A program made the translations under genes and the position numbers. DNA of 64,000 nt, from contig CM119381.1 of NCBI GenBank assembly GCA_051294905.1, positions 17,112,001 through 17,176,000 on the forward strand, read 5' to 3'. The stretch comes from Botryllus schlosseri. Its lineage: Eukaryota. Within the stretch, counting starts at the first letter, position 1, and the number at the start of each line of letters is the position of its first letter. Under the pieces are notes generated by a model. It ran no database searches and had not been told where the DNA came from. It saw only the letters and a program-made list of their open reading frames with translations. Shown piece after piece: positions 25,868-39,726 of the stretch.

Positions 25868-26430
25868 TAGAGGTCGACCGATTATCGACATGGCCGATTA
25901 TCGAGGCCGATATTTAGAGCTTTCCCGATTATCGGTATCGGCCTATGCAGGCCGATATCGCGGCCAATATTTTATATTTAAAAAACAGTCAAAAATTTCG
26001 GAAATTCAATGCTCCGTGTTTTCAATCTCAAGAAATCGACGACGCAAAGGGCGATATATGACAGATTTTCCCTTGCAGGACGAGTTTAACTGGGTGAGCA
26101 TGCAGAGAAACTATGCTTCCTGCATTACAGCCTACCTTTTCTGGACTGATCTGCAATTCTGCATCATACTTTGCTCTTGGGGTTATCCCAAATTTCATCG
26201 AATGTGCACAATTAAGGAATAATTCTTTTCAATTTCAGTTTTCTCGTTTGTTGTTCAGCTTTCTGTGGCATGAACAAGTGCCTTCTTGCCTAATATATAA
26301 TATTTTTGGTGAAATTGTTCTATGCTTAGTCCATATTAATATCGGCGTATGATATCGGTATCGGCCTTGTGAGTGGCCGATATATCGGTATCGGTATCGG
26401 CCTGTAAAAATCAATATCGGTCGACCTCTA
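25868..26430. mobile_element. Intact hAT MITE (TAGAGGTCGACCGAT termini)
   Basis: Perfect TIRs with exact 8-bp TSD CTTCCAAG (25860-25867, 26431-26438). Confidence 0.92.
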
Positions 26431-26759
26431 CTTCCAAGTATATTTTATTGAGCTTTTGTAATCGCTTGGTATACGACACGATAGGCGCAAACCCCACCCA
26501 GAATTGCAATGCATGATGGTAATATAGTCAGTCAATTGTCAGTCACCTCTTCTCTATACCTTTTACAGACAAATTTCCACTACATACTACAATAATGATC
26601 ACAGACATCAGTATCAATGTATCATAGCAAACAGAAATCATGCTTATTATACAATTTTCATTACACAAGACAGTCAACAAAGAACCACTCACATACCGTA
26701 TCTCAATAGTTATAAATATCAAGCCAGTGCTTGCAAGGGCCTTTCCCTTGCTCTTGAAA

Positions 26760-27260
26760 ATTTCGCTAATCACGAAACGACATGATCTGTGCTCTTAAAA
26801 ATGAGACCGGAAAGTTGACATGGGTCAGGAGCTCTTAGACATAACTAGCTTAATCAGACAATTTCTGATGTGTCAGTATTTTTGGTCTTGTTTTTAAGAC
26901 AGATTTCTCTAATCAAGTAACAACATGATTTGTGGTCTTAAAACTGAGACCGGAAAGTTGACATGGGTCAGGAGCTCTAAGACATAACAAGCTTATTAAG
27001 ACAGTTTTCGATGTGTCAATATTTTTGGTCTTGTTTTTAAGACAAATTTCGCTAATCAAGAAACGACATGATTTGTGGTCTTAAAACTGAGACCGGAAAG
27101 TTGACATGGGTCAGGAGCTCTAAGACATAACAAGCTTATTAAGACAGTTTTCGATGTGTCAGTATTTATGGTCTCGTTTCTAGGCCAAATTTTACTAATC
27201 AATGAATGACATGGTTTGTGGTCTTAAAAATGAGACCGGAAAGTTGACATGGGCCAAGAG
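26760..27260. repeat. Tandem repeat with a ~143-bp unit, ~3.5 copies
   Basis: The motif acatg(a/g)t(c/t)tgtg...gagaccggaaagttgacatggg starts at 26781, 26923, 27066 and 27209. Confidence 0.9.
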
Positions 27261-28373
27261 CATAAAATCAGACAAATTTGGTCTCAAATCGATTTTTTCT
27301 AATTTTTTGTCTAATTTTTTTTTGTAGTGAATGTTTTCATTTTCAGTGTGTCATTAAATCATCAACATAATCATACATATGATATGCGATAACTGTATGT
27401 AGAATCATGAGTGAGAATCTGTTTTCTCGGTTCTATGCATCAGACCTAATCAGTCATACATTATACAGACTTCATCTGTTCAAACTTCTGGTGGGTATAC
27501 CAATATACCATAAGCGATACAATGATTTTAAATATCAGACTATATAGCAACTATATACTTCTTCAAACTACGACTAGGTACAGCAGCACACACACTTGTG
27601 TTATATGACTGGTGTGGATGATTGTTAATAATATAATAGACTTTGGAAAGCCAATAAGTTTCTTTGGTGTAGATTTGCATAATTTTAGCCATGTATTAGT
27701 AAGGCTATCAAAAACCATGTAATGGCACGGAATCAGAGGTTTGACGGACTGCTAGAAGACTCACTAAATGCCTATACAACCCTTTGTAAAATTTTACGCC
27801 CGTACTCCTGGATATGGCACGATCCCAAAGAGTTCATTCTCTTGGGTCACCCCTTACATACCAGTTCTAGTTTACTTTTATACCATATTATTATTGTTGT
27901 TATTGTCTCTCTTTGTTACAGTTAACAAATAAATATCAAAAACTGGGACTCTAATTAAATTTAAAATGAAATAAAAGGAATATAAAATGAACGACAATAA
28001 TTACATTTGTAATCTTCATACATACATTGACATACATCACAATCCACCTTAGAAGAGAATAGCTACGTGCCCGCTACCTCAATCACCTGGACATAGAGAT
28101 GGGTATATTTTCCGCAATTAATTGCTCATGACGAAGAGGATTTACTACATGACAGGACCGACTTCCTCGAGTGATACACAGGCCCAACTTCTCAGTTCTA
28201 GGAAAATTTTGATCTCCTAGATTTTAATTATTTCCTGACAAGTCATAGAAATGTCCAAGTTGTTTACAAAGCCAAAAATTTTTGACAAGACGAATATTCT
28301 TTGCGTCGTAGAAGTTGCACTGTCTGTGAACTTCTCATCTTAATCTTTTAGCGTACTTAATATTATTGTAGAT

Positions 28374-30022
28374 CAGTGGTTCTCAACCGACGGTCCGCGG
28401 CAAGTTACCTACCGGACCGCCAAATATATCAGAATTTTATACCTCAATTCTAAAATGTAATAAGTTGGGACGCTTTTCCGTTAATTAGAGAATAAAACAT
28501 CAAATTTGTGGCGTATTTTTCTGTATGGTGTCGTATAGAGAGTTCATGTTCTACTTTTGGCATATGCCACAGTGGTGAAATGTTGTACGAAACAATTCAA
28601 AAGTAGCTTACAACTCGTTTCGTACAATTTAAATGTCAAAGTTATCGATACTTTTAAACAAACTTTGTTAAATTCCGGCAGTGTAATAAAGCGACAATTG
28701 GCAGTGTAATAGAGGCTAGAGCACATAGCAATGTCGCAATTTTTTCAAAGGATACTCTAGAGCAGTGGTTCCCAACCTTTTTTCACCCACGTACCATTTC
28801 GAGGTTTTATGCAGAGCTCGCGTACCACCTACGTAAGTTATGCGCGCCGAAGGCGGTCAAAATATATTTCCGTCATTTAAGACGTCATAATCCCGTATTT
28901 GACCTATGCGAGGCGTAATAGCAAATGCTATTAAACTAGGCATTATCAGCCAGGTTTTATGGGATGCATGGAATTGTTTTTTCACCACCAGTCACAAGAA
29001 GATCAATAGAATGAAATAACAGCAAACAACAAATGTCAATTTATTCAATGCAATGGCTGCATTTGCTTATTTTACGTGAGCTCCGCCGGGGCCTACGATC
29101 TAAGTATTGTAGGCCCCGGCTCAGCGGTTCTCAAACTTTTTTAGACACGCCCCCTTTTATGATAGTGAAAAATCTCGCGCCCCCTTATCGTCATATCACA
29201 AAATGCAACCAGAATGCGAGCAATCCGAGTGAATAATTTGAGGGCATGGAAGGTTATGACAGTCGATCAGTGAATTCTCTTCTCAAATATCCAATTAGTA
29301 CTCTACAGAGCAGAAAGCAATCAAATGGAGGTAAATCACGCCTAGCGCGCAAATTTTGTTCAGTTGGCCGCAGCTTCGCGCCCCGTTTCAGATGCTTTCA
29401 CGCACATTAGTTTGAGGACACTACTCTAGCTGGTCGATGCGTGGCATAAATTTGATCACTGCGCATCGAAAGTCATGCATGGGCACAACAAGTCGGTTTC
29501 TTTTCTTCGACTTGATAGTCATCAGAGATGAAAATCCTTGGTCGCACTCCCACGTAGAAGGGGAAATTAGCAGCTGGGGAATAGTGTGAGAAGCTTGAGT
29601 TGAGTACGAGGAGGCCATGCTAAGCCTGAAGTTTTTGGAAAACAATCTTTGTGTTCAACCTCAGCTAAACTAATAACTCCCCTTGGTCGAAAAAAGCAGA
29701 ATGCACTCGCGTACCACCTGCAAGACCTTCGCATACCACTAGTGGTACGCGTACCACAGGTTGGGAACCACGGCTCTAGAGTCTACAATCTCATTGAAGT
29801 TAGTGGTCTTTAGCAGGACTTTGCATGCAGAAACTTCAATATAACTGCGTAAGAATAGGCTATATATTATCAAAAAGCAATATTAAAGATGTTTCCAATA
29901 TTACATCTGACTTGCATACATTTGTCGCACTTAAATTTCAAGTTGATATCGATTTTTGCCGGTTCACAACATTTGTTTTGAAGTTTGACAGGTCCGCGGG
30001 GTCAAAAAGGTTGAGAACCACT
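28374..30022. mobile_element. Nested Buster/Charlie-type hAT elements: outer 28374-30022, inner 28763-29772, innermost ~29122-29420
   Basis: The outer element has cagtggttctcaacc / ggttgagaaccactg termini with TSD ttgtaga(t/c). The inner element has cagtggttcccaacc / ggttgggaaccacgg termini with TSD ctctagag. Confidence 0.85.
29421..29645 (-). pseudogene. hAT (Buster/Charlie) transposase C-terminal dimerisation-domain fragment
   Basis: LLISPSTWECDQGFSSLMTIKSKKRNRLVVPMHDFRCAVIKFMPRIDQL matches the STYLCE.GFS.L..IK.K.RNRL pattern. Confidence 0.85.
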
Positions 30023-30601
30023 GTTGTAGACGGTACCGGTACCTTGTCAACTAATTGAATCATAAACTGTTAAGTCGAATAATTAGGTTAGATAGTTAAT
30101 CAAGAGAGCTGCCAACATACGATTAAATAAGTTAACGGAGATATCTCAAATCTGGTTCTTATAGTTATATCAAAAACAACAGGATGACCAACTGTGATGA
30201 TAGACAGTATTGTCAGCATGAAGCAACAGGGTGTGTCACCAGCAATATACAATGAACTCCAGTGCTGCCATATAACAATTGCTACACTGGTAAGTGTTAA
30301 TAATTCTTTTCCCATTTTTAAGCCACTTCCTGAAGGACAAACAGTTTATACCATTTTCATTTCATCGCAATCTTGTGGTTTTTTCGAATCGTTAAAATTT
30401 TAATATATGATTGATCATCAGAAAGTGTAGCAAAGTATCTATATTTGTACTGCAATAAAATTCCAATTTCCACACAATATTGCATAACTTAACCACTACA
30501 ATTTTCAGGACAAAAATATTTGTCCTATTGATGACTTAGACAAGTCCACCAGTTCTGATCAGTTATCAAGTGTAATCATTGCTGAAGGCCTGAAGCAAGG
30601 A

Positions 30602-32069
30602 CAGGGGCGTAGCCAGCCGAAAAAAAACGGGGGATATTTTTTGAAAAGATGATATTCGTTATGCTAACCCCTTTATTGCGGTTTAATACACACAAATGCC
30701 GATACAACAAGGGTAAGATAATCTCGTTTGTGTTTACGTCTTTATACACATGAACATTTGCCAGTTATCTTAAAATATAGCTCTATTATGCGCAGTCGCA
30801 TGCTGCAGTAACAAACGGAAGGCGCTTTTACCTTGCGCGCCACTATTTGCCGACAGCGAGTTTCACGCGCGCGGATTTTGATACAAAGCGCGCTCGAATC
30901 ATGACTCAACGCAGCAGGTAATCGATGATATCCTCGCAAATCACAATGTATCAGATCAGATGGAAGTAGCAAACAAATTTCGATGACAGCGAGGTATCTT
31001 GACCTTGATTACCAAAGCGAGGATGTAATCACGAAAGTGCGCGCAGATCATATTACAGCACAGTGGAAGATCTCTCCATTTTGCGCTCGTCTTTGACGAA
31101 CACTTGAACAGTGAAGACACGCAAATGAATTATAGTCTGTTACCGTTTGATACAAACAATCTGGATTAATTTTGTTATAAATCAGTATGATTTTTACTGT
31201 CTGCCAAGATGGTGTAGTATTTTTGGTGTGGGGAGATGGTAAAGACTAATTACCGCTCGAGCTTGTGCGATTGCATCACGTGAATAACAGTGGCCTGGCG
31301 CAGGCTTAGGCTCGCGATCAAAATGCATTCCTAAACGCGTTTGCGGTGTAGAAGTGACAATTGCGAATTGTCGAGGCCAAGACTATAACTTCTCGTCATT
31401 ACAATAGCACATCGAGTAGCACTATCACGCGCCGCGAGTCATAGAGCGGCCTAATTTTCCTAGCCTCCAATGTTTTACTACTGGCCAAGCGCGTTAGCGC
31501 GCGTTCAGCAGATGCGCCATAGGCCTGAGACACGAAACTGGCTGGAGATCTGGAAACCCACACACAACAACCGAACTAAATGATCGCAAATTGGATCAAT
31601 ACATAATAGATTCCATACAGAACATTTGATTAGTACGATCTGTTTTGGTACTGTAGGGATCTGCTATCTCTAATGATACAAGCCTAGCGCGCATGTTCTA
31701 AACGTTTGTTGACAATAGACTGTCAAACACGATAACCAACTCGCGCGGTATCGAAATTTCAATGCGAGTGTTATTGTTACTGTGACTTCTGGTTCTGTAA
31801 CTGGATAATATCGTTCAGATGAGACGGGAGAGCCATGCGAGATGCGTTTTTCGGGCTTCCGTAGACAGAGAACAATATGAGAAGAAGGCATCACCACACT
31901 GTATTGTCTGATTGATCGATGGCGTGATGATGCCGCGCGGCAATTAGGGGATTATCGAATTAGAACAAGAAATATTAGATCAATGGAAATATATGCAAGA
32001 CGGGGGGTATTTCGAGCTTGGAAACGGGGGGTATCGGACACCGATTACCCCCCCCTGTCTACGCCACTG
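30602..32069. mobile_element. hAT-type MITE
   Basis: Termini caggggcgtagc / ctacgccactg with exact 8-bp TSD AGCAAGGA (30594-30601, 32070-32077). Confidence 0.88.
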
Positions 32070-32358
32070 AGCAAGGACAAATCTGGGAAATATGGACGGT
32101 ATGGCAACCCTGACCTGCATATGCTGTAGTGAACATCAGTAACTTTTGATGCAAAATGTCTGGAATTTTTTTGAACAATGCCTATTTTCAATTTAAGGGC
32201 GATTTTGTATTTTCAACGCTCTGGACGGAATATATGTCATATTTAGGTTCTAGGTGCAATAGTACCGTATACCTTTCGATTGGCGTGGTTGAGACATTGA
32301 GACATTGGCTATTTTATTAAGACTCATTCCATTATAATTTAGCAAATTTTCTGACATT

Positions 32359-35117
32359 TGTAATGCATACCCTCAGAATTGTCCAATATTTACAAATTTT
32401 GTTCTTTTTTGAATTCTGGGTACATTAAAAAAAATTAGATTGAAAAATTTCCCGCGGTTCAAAAGATAATGCAATTCAAAATTATCATGTCACTAGGTGG
32501 CGCTGCACGCCAAAATCTCTAAAATCCATATTTTTTAATAGTAGTTACGGTGAGCAGATTTGCACTGCTGCCCACCACAACTACTATTACAACCAATCAC
32601 TCAATGCAAAGATAAGTTTTTTTCGTGATTTCCTTGAGGAATAGAGATTAATTTAAAAATCCAATTTTTTATCAATCGCTACGCGGTTGGCTCATGCATG
32701 AGCCCGGATTGTATTTTCACGAACACGCTTCACTTAATCCCGAATATCTTGCGTTGTACTGGTCGTAGAAAGTTACATCTATTTCAGATGGATAGCTAGT
32801 ATCAATACGCATACGTCGAGCCATAAATAACCTATTAGACTATGAAATAACCCCATCAAAATGCCGATTGAATACACAAAAACGTTTTGCGCAAAATACA
32901 ACTTGCGGCGGCGCTCGAGTGAATGTGCGCGCGCGAGATAAACCAGCGCCCGTGACCAGCGCATCTCCGTCAAATTCATATGCAGCTCTTTTCTCCAAAC
33001 AGCTGTTGACTATGTCATCGCCCATCTATTGGAATGCTTATATCTAACATTGGGCGCAGGACAGATTATTCGAATTGAAAGTAAACATATTTTACGAAAT
33101 AATATGCGTGGGCTTTAGCAATATATTCCATGTTGTGATTAGCGCGGATTTGCTGTTGCAGATTACGCATATGGATTATTCGTGCTTTTCATACCAATAC
33201 ACCAACACTACCATCTTCAGTGAGCTACATGATCTCCGCTTTTGATATGACAGCAAATTTACGACATTTTCTGGTGAAAATGTTGCGCATCTTTCCCGTG
33301 GTAGCGTAAGAATCGCACCGCTCCATAATATGTGACAAACTGATTTGAAACGCCCATAAAATATCAGTGAAGCACTGTATTCATATTGCACGTATGACTC
33401 TGTCAATTCAACCAATTCAGTCCTAGTTGTTTTACAACGGCAAAGTTCGTTTCAGCACATAGCACTATCTCGTACAAAGGATGGATAAGCGATTACATAT
33501 ACCGGCGCGTTGTGAAATGAATCATTTCGGGGATACTGTTATTACCAAAACAATAACATGCCGCAATATCTTTGCTGTTGTAATTAGCGCAGATTTCAAG
33601 TTTCAGATTACGCAAAACAAGGTATATCTTTGCAATAAGTTGAGTCGCCAATATATACTATATAATACATCATCTACATTGTTTCATACGAAGCCATCAT
33701 TGTACCCATGACATGGTTTTCCATTTGTTGGTGCTAGATTTGGTTTGTTACCATTTCAATTTGCTGTTGTATTCCACGCGTGATGCATTATTTCATATGT
33801 TGTATCATGCAATATACTATATTCTTTTACCATAATATGTCTGAATGTCGATTGTCAAGTTAGCGTATAGATGTATTGTATAGATATGTAGAGTCTGCTG
33901 TCGCGAAAGCACTTCGAAACTGATTGCTGCGATGCGCGTGTGGTACAGAAACCACTATATCTTCTGCGATAGCTGAGGTGGTTGTGGATGCCTATTATCT
34001 GTTCAATAGATAGGCCTTGTCTCAAAGCGTTTGTCTACACCACCACCGTCGATGGCTTGCATATCATTTGATAAACTGATTTGAAATGCCAACTAGAATA
34101 TCAGTGAGACAGTGTATTCATATTGCAGGTATGACTACCTGTCAATTCAACCAATTCAGTTATAGTTGTTTTACAACGGTAAAGTTCGTTTCAACACATA
34201 ACACTATCTCGTACAGAGAATTGATAAGCGATTACCATATAACGGCGTTGTGAAATGAATAATTTCAACGTCCGCGATACTACGTCATTTTCGAACAATA
34301 ACACGCGGCGCGTGTATGTGCGCCGAATGCGAGACGCCTGGCGTCGGACACACTGTAGCCAACTGCAGCCATCGGTATATCAGCACTCGTTACAATCGAC
34401 TATATTATCGTGAGAACCTCACTCAGGTCGTTTTGGAATCCTGATATTGCTGTGAAATCAGTCAGGCGATGATTCTATCCCGAGCAGCTCCGTGTATGAC
34501 GTAGTCGCAAATTCAAAAATCAAATTCTCTTTTATTTTCAAAAAGTTGAGAACACTTCCAGGCATAGGGGCATCACCTGTTACTCTCTCGCTTTCAGAGT
34601 AGCTCAGTTGGTTAGGCGCCTCTTTCCTGATTACAGCGATATATTGGGTGTCGGTTCAAGTCCCGTGGTTCGGATTTTATGAATCTTTTTCTAAATGCAT
34701 TAAAATTCGGTCCTGAGGCCGACCGCGGAAGGAGGGTTAAGAGTACATTTTGCAATAATTTTTTTTGGTGTAAACGGAATCCTACATGGATTTTCAAGTC
34801 CGCTCTCCCCAATTTTGTTTTGTCCGTAACTTTTTTTTCTTCGAGTTTAGAGCGAAAATGTTGATTTTTTTGAATTCCTTGGCCCCAAAATTGTATTATT
34901 AGACATTTTAATTGATTCTCCACCATCATTACAGCAAAGAATATGGATTTCAGAGATTTTTACGTGCAGCGCCACCTAGTGACATGATAATTTTGAATTG
35001 CATAATCTTTTGAACCGCTGGAAATTTTTCAATCTAATTTTTTTTAATGTACCCAGAATTAAAAAAAGGACAACATTTGTAAATATTGGACAATTCTGAG
35101 TGTATGCATTACAGCCC
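32359..35117. mobile_element. Non-autonomous element with ~170-bp inverted arms and an internal ~190-bp direct duplication
   Basis: 32359-32530 is the reverse complement of ~34940-35110. 33340-33520 is repeated at 34070-34260. True termini and TSD were not resolved. Confidence 0.7.
34595..34670 (+). mobile_element. tRNA-derived SINE head or tRNA pseudogene
   Basis: A-box tagctcagttgg and B-box ggttcaagtccc are present, but no foldable cloverleaf. Confidence 0.55.
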
Positions 35118-37143
35118 CTGTTAAGATATAATGGAATTAGCCATAATGGAGTTCCAATATTAATGGTCAGTATATATAACTGTCTTATGGAAAATGGTTT
35201 ATCGCCTCTGAACTCCTGATAGTTTGAAAAGGTATGAGCATAAGTCTTCACACAATCTGATTCGAATACTGCTATAGAATATCTAGATGATGGAAAGTGA
35301 GTCGATTCAGCATCCTACGAATAAATTCAAAGCGGCTGGGCACACAACACTTGAGTATACTCACTATTCAGCATCAAAATGAATGAAACAATCTGCACAA
35401 CGTTAAGACACTTCGTTAACACAAAACATACATTATAGCACTATAAATAAAACACTGTTACAGACACCGGGAAGCACGGGAAAGTGCACACATATTTATC
35501 GGAGGTATCACTCTTTGCCAAAGCTATAGCAATGGACACTTGATGTGAGTTAATATTCTCACACAGACTATGGCTATTATAGAAAGTAGGAAGTAGAAAA
35601 AATTCACCACTGCCTTGTTCATCTTCATGCATTTCAACTTAGAGTTATAGAACTAGAATTTCTGGTTAACTTCTGTAGTTCGATTGGCCGAGCGTGAAAC
35701 TTTCAACGGAATAATATATCTCATTCTGGAATTTAATCAATAAACGAGCGAAGCGACCGACGAGTCAATAACGGAAATCAATCCTTCAATCTACTGATTA
35801 CGAATTCATGCATGAGACATACTTCACCATCTTTGAAGCTCGGTGACTAAAGGGTACGCATAAATTATCAGGTGAACGCATTAAGTTAAGATCGCTTCAA
35901 TTTACGAATATCCCACAGCTAACTTGACCAATATTTCTTACAGCTGTAAAACGGCAAGGTAATCATGAAGCGTTAATACTTTGTATTGAAATGAGGTGAT
36001 ACCTCCTTATCACACATCGATATACACGATCATCGCATTGTATATTTTCAAACACGCTACATGGAATTTAGCAACCTTCCCTTTCCTTAAGCCTTTTTTT
36101 AGGTGTTCGCTGAGTGACGTAATAGGCTAGATGTCTCGTGTCGCTGATCTCGTGACCGGTGGTTGTTTCGCCAGCGGCTTAAATTCGAATGTCATTGTTA
36201 TTTTCGAGTAGTTTGATTATGCCACAAAATGATGGCTGCGTGATGGCGGACTCACACCCAAGGAGCCCAAAACTATAGAATGTTTACATTCTACACCAAA
36301 ACCATGGTTGTCATTAATTAAGATCTGGCCATATATCCCGACTGTTGATCGCGATAAAGAGGCATATTACGACAAAACTATTTGGCCGTGAGGATACATG
36401 CTACTTCACGGCCTAATTATCTGATATTATACACCGAACGGCGACAAAGAACGTTGTAGCCTTAAATTTGAACACTGTTGACATATGCGCTGTAATATAT
36501 CTCCATGCCATTCACTTTTCCATTATTTATTAAAATATTGCATATCGAGTTGCATACAGACCGGAACATGCCACTTCATTTCACCGACGTTATCAAACGA
36601 AGCAGTTAGTTGCCCGTGTGGTTCGGTCCAAAGAACATTCTTTGGTTCGGTCATACCTCCCCTGCCATTACCATGGCGCTATATTATGGTGGTCCACTTT
36701 TTCAAAGCTGAGGATGAAACAATGTGTCATTAACTGCGGACCCGCATCTATTCTCCCGGGATTGTATTCGATAAACTGCTTCCTCCACACATGAAATCAC
36801 TTTTCATCAAGATTCCCTAGGTTCGAATCAGCCTGCCTTCCGTGAGCAACACCAAATCTCACCCTCCTCGACAGTGGGTATATATAGTGGCATTTTTATG
36901 TGATGTCAACTGTTGTGATTAGGGTATTTTCATCATCATCATCATCATGACATATATCGATATTGTAATCAACGCAATAAATTCTTTTGCGAATGACAAC
37001 AGACAGAACTAGCAGAAAGCAGATATTGGAGAAAGGGGCTTTATGAATTATCTTTAGGGCTAGTCAAAATCGGGTACTAACTACGACAATCGCTATTTCA
37101 ATGCCATTTGATCTTGATGACAGTGTTACACAACACACCTAGA

Positions 37144-37558
37144 CAGGGTTGTAACCAAGTCACAATCTCAAGGTTACGAGTCACAAGTCAATCGGACTTT
37201 TATAGTTTGGACTCGAGTCCTATAGTCCAAGTCATTGCGTTCACTGTTCAGTTTTGAGTTCAATCCGGTTCAACCCACTTTTTTCTACTCTGCTCGAGTG
37301 ATATAGAATGGCTCAGATTCATAACATCGTAATTTTTCTCAGATTCAACAGTTTCTTGCCCTTATTTTCCAAGTATCAGGACTGAAAGACGAAACACTCA
37401 TCATGTAAACACTCATCATGTGATGACTTCACTATTCTTCGAAGTTACAATGAAATGTCTGTCTTGGACGTCCTAGTCTCGACTCGAGTCATGCACAGCC
37501 CAGTCGAGTCATTTTACGCATGTGAAAAAATGACTCGAATTGAGTCTTTACAACCCTG
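37144..37558. mobile_element. GACTCGAGTC-family MITE
   Basis: cagggttgtaacc / ttacaaccctg termini with a decayed TSD cacctaga/catctagg. Confidence 0.85.
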
Positions 37559-37606
37559 CATCTAGGCGAGATAAGGATTGTTCTTATGCATCATATGCGG
37601 AAAATG

Positions 37607-37845
37607 CAGAGGTGGTCAGAGTAGTCACCCTCAGAACTCAAGAAGAAGTAACGTCCGAATTTCTCCTCAAGTAGAAGTGGTGGTTCACAAGTAAGTAGGT
37701 ATTCTACCCCTCTCTTTGCCTAAAATATGAAAACTGTCAAGTAGAAGTAGTCTAAAATCATAACTACTTAATAAGTAGTGCGAGTCGGCAAAATCTTCTT
37801 CGAGTACTTCAAAAAGTAGAAGTACTTCGTTACTGACCTCCTCTG
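37607..37845. mobile_element. CAGAGGTGGTC-family hAT MITE
   Basis: TIRs plus exact 8-bp TSD GGAAAATG (37599-37606, 37846-37853). Confidence 0.88.
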
Positions 37846-39726
37846 GGAAAATGACAACTGGTAACTGATACAGGACAGGTGTCCTTTCCGACAGTAGGTT
37901 TACCACTACTATAATCGAAGATTCAGCACACACCCCCTAATGAAACTATAGTGCATTACCAAATATGAGAGTGTCGTCAATGATGAAATAATCTATAGCA
38001 TCCTTGGCACTACTGAATGATTTCAATCCTTATATGAGTTGAGTATACGAATTGTAGTGACTAACTGTTCAAGTGGCTACTTATGCAATCCTTTTCTTAA
38101 AATTCACATAATAATCCAAATCTATAGCTATCAATTCACTTTCCATTACTGGAGGAAGTATATTTTATTCGATATATTGAAGCTTAAAAAGTCTGCTATA
38201 TGCTTGCTGAAGCTAGGTGGTGGTAGACGATCCATGCCATTTGTCCACTAAGGAACAGATCACCTGACGAGTGGAATTGCAATGTGTTCAGGCCGTGACA
38301 GCCGCTGAAAGCTCATAAAAAAACTCACAAAACTTATGCACATTGATTTACAGCCACTGACTGAGCTTTCAACAATGAATACATACATATGGTAACATAA
38401 GTACACAATCTGGTTATTGTATATTAATATAAAAATCAGGCCAAGCTCCATGTAAAGAAATGCGGATATGAAGATCTGGTGTTGGCATTTGAAGAATTAG
38501 CATACGCAAAGAAATGAGTAGTATTGGAAACGAGGCTATTATCTATTACATTGAATTATTCTAACACCATTAGTTAAGGTTGTTGCGGACTTGACATGTC
38601 TAATTAAAACTTTTTATAGGATGTGAATAAACTGGCCCAACACGTTGAGAGCATAAAATCTAAGTGCATATATTAGCAACAAACCACAATGTTAGAAATG
38701 TAACGCGACCAATGCAAACAAGCTGAAGTAAAACCGATGTCATAGGCTTCAAGTTGACGGGAGGTTTTGTGAATTGATTCCAATCAAACATGATTTACGC
38801 CGCCTACATGAAATTAGTCATCTTTTAATTGTCTTTGGAATCCAGGGATTGAAATCTCTAAACAGGTGAACACAGAGCAGCGGTCGCAGTAAGTAGTCAG
38901 AAGGTGTGTCTCATTTATATGAATTAGAATGTAATTTAAAAGATTTCCTTACTCCTATAAAATCATGTGCCAACAACTTATCCCTATTAAAGTGACCGCC
39001 ACATCACATACAAATGAAATATTTTCATACTTTTACAGGTTGTGCCGGTCAGGACTGCAATAGATAAATAATGTGCAAGGGGTTTTCAATCATGCATAGT
39101 TGTGTATGATGTGCCTGTTACATTGGGGAACGGTGAAAAACATCACAAATGATGCTACTACATTTAAGATGAGATCATTATCACCAAAAAATGATAAAAA
39201 ACACAACTAATCAACACTTGAAATGACGTCTTAAAAGCGGGAACCAAGAAGAGAACCGACGATCTAGGTTACGAAGAACAATCAAATTGATATCAGTGGA
39301 AGATTGAAGACAAACGCATTGACACATGGCATCTTCACTGAAGTGAGAGGTAGTATAAGTAAACAGCGATGCTGCTCACGTAGGAGTAATGCCATATATA
39401 TTTATACTGAATTACAAGTAGATGTAGGAATATCGAAGTGATCTCAAACATAAGTAAAAATGCAGATAGCCCACTTGAAAAAGTAGTTGAAGAAAGTAGA
39501 TTCGGCCGAGGGTGCCACATACTTTGTAAATCCAAAGCAGTATCACATGAAAAACTGGTAAGCATAAGTGGAAGTAGTCAAAACGCACCCACTTGATAAA
39601 AAGTAGAATTACTTCATTACTGACCACCTCAGCTACCGATATTATAATCATCAATATAAAACAGTGATAATATTTTGGGATTGTCTCCGAACAAAACCAT
39701 CTTTTCACATAAAATCCTCTGAATCT

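Noticed and set aside
26760-27260. CRISPR-like array
   Set aside because: Whole units are homologous with no unique spacers, and the context is eukaryotic.
34316-34366. CCHC zinc-knuckle-like peptide CAECETPGVGHTVANC
   Set aside because: Non-canonical spacing in a very short ORF within a non-autonomous element; likely chance.
34595-34670. Functional tRNA gene
   Set aside because: A and B boxes are present, but acceptor and anticodon stems cannot be formed.
35300-39400. Possible additional host gene (CpG-richer segment near 36100-36900, scattered splice-like sites)
   Set aside because: No consistent exon chain or recognisable protein could be assembled by eye.
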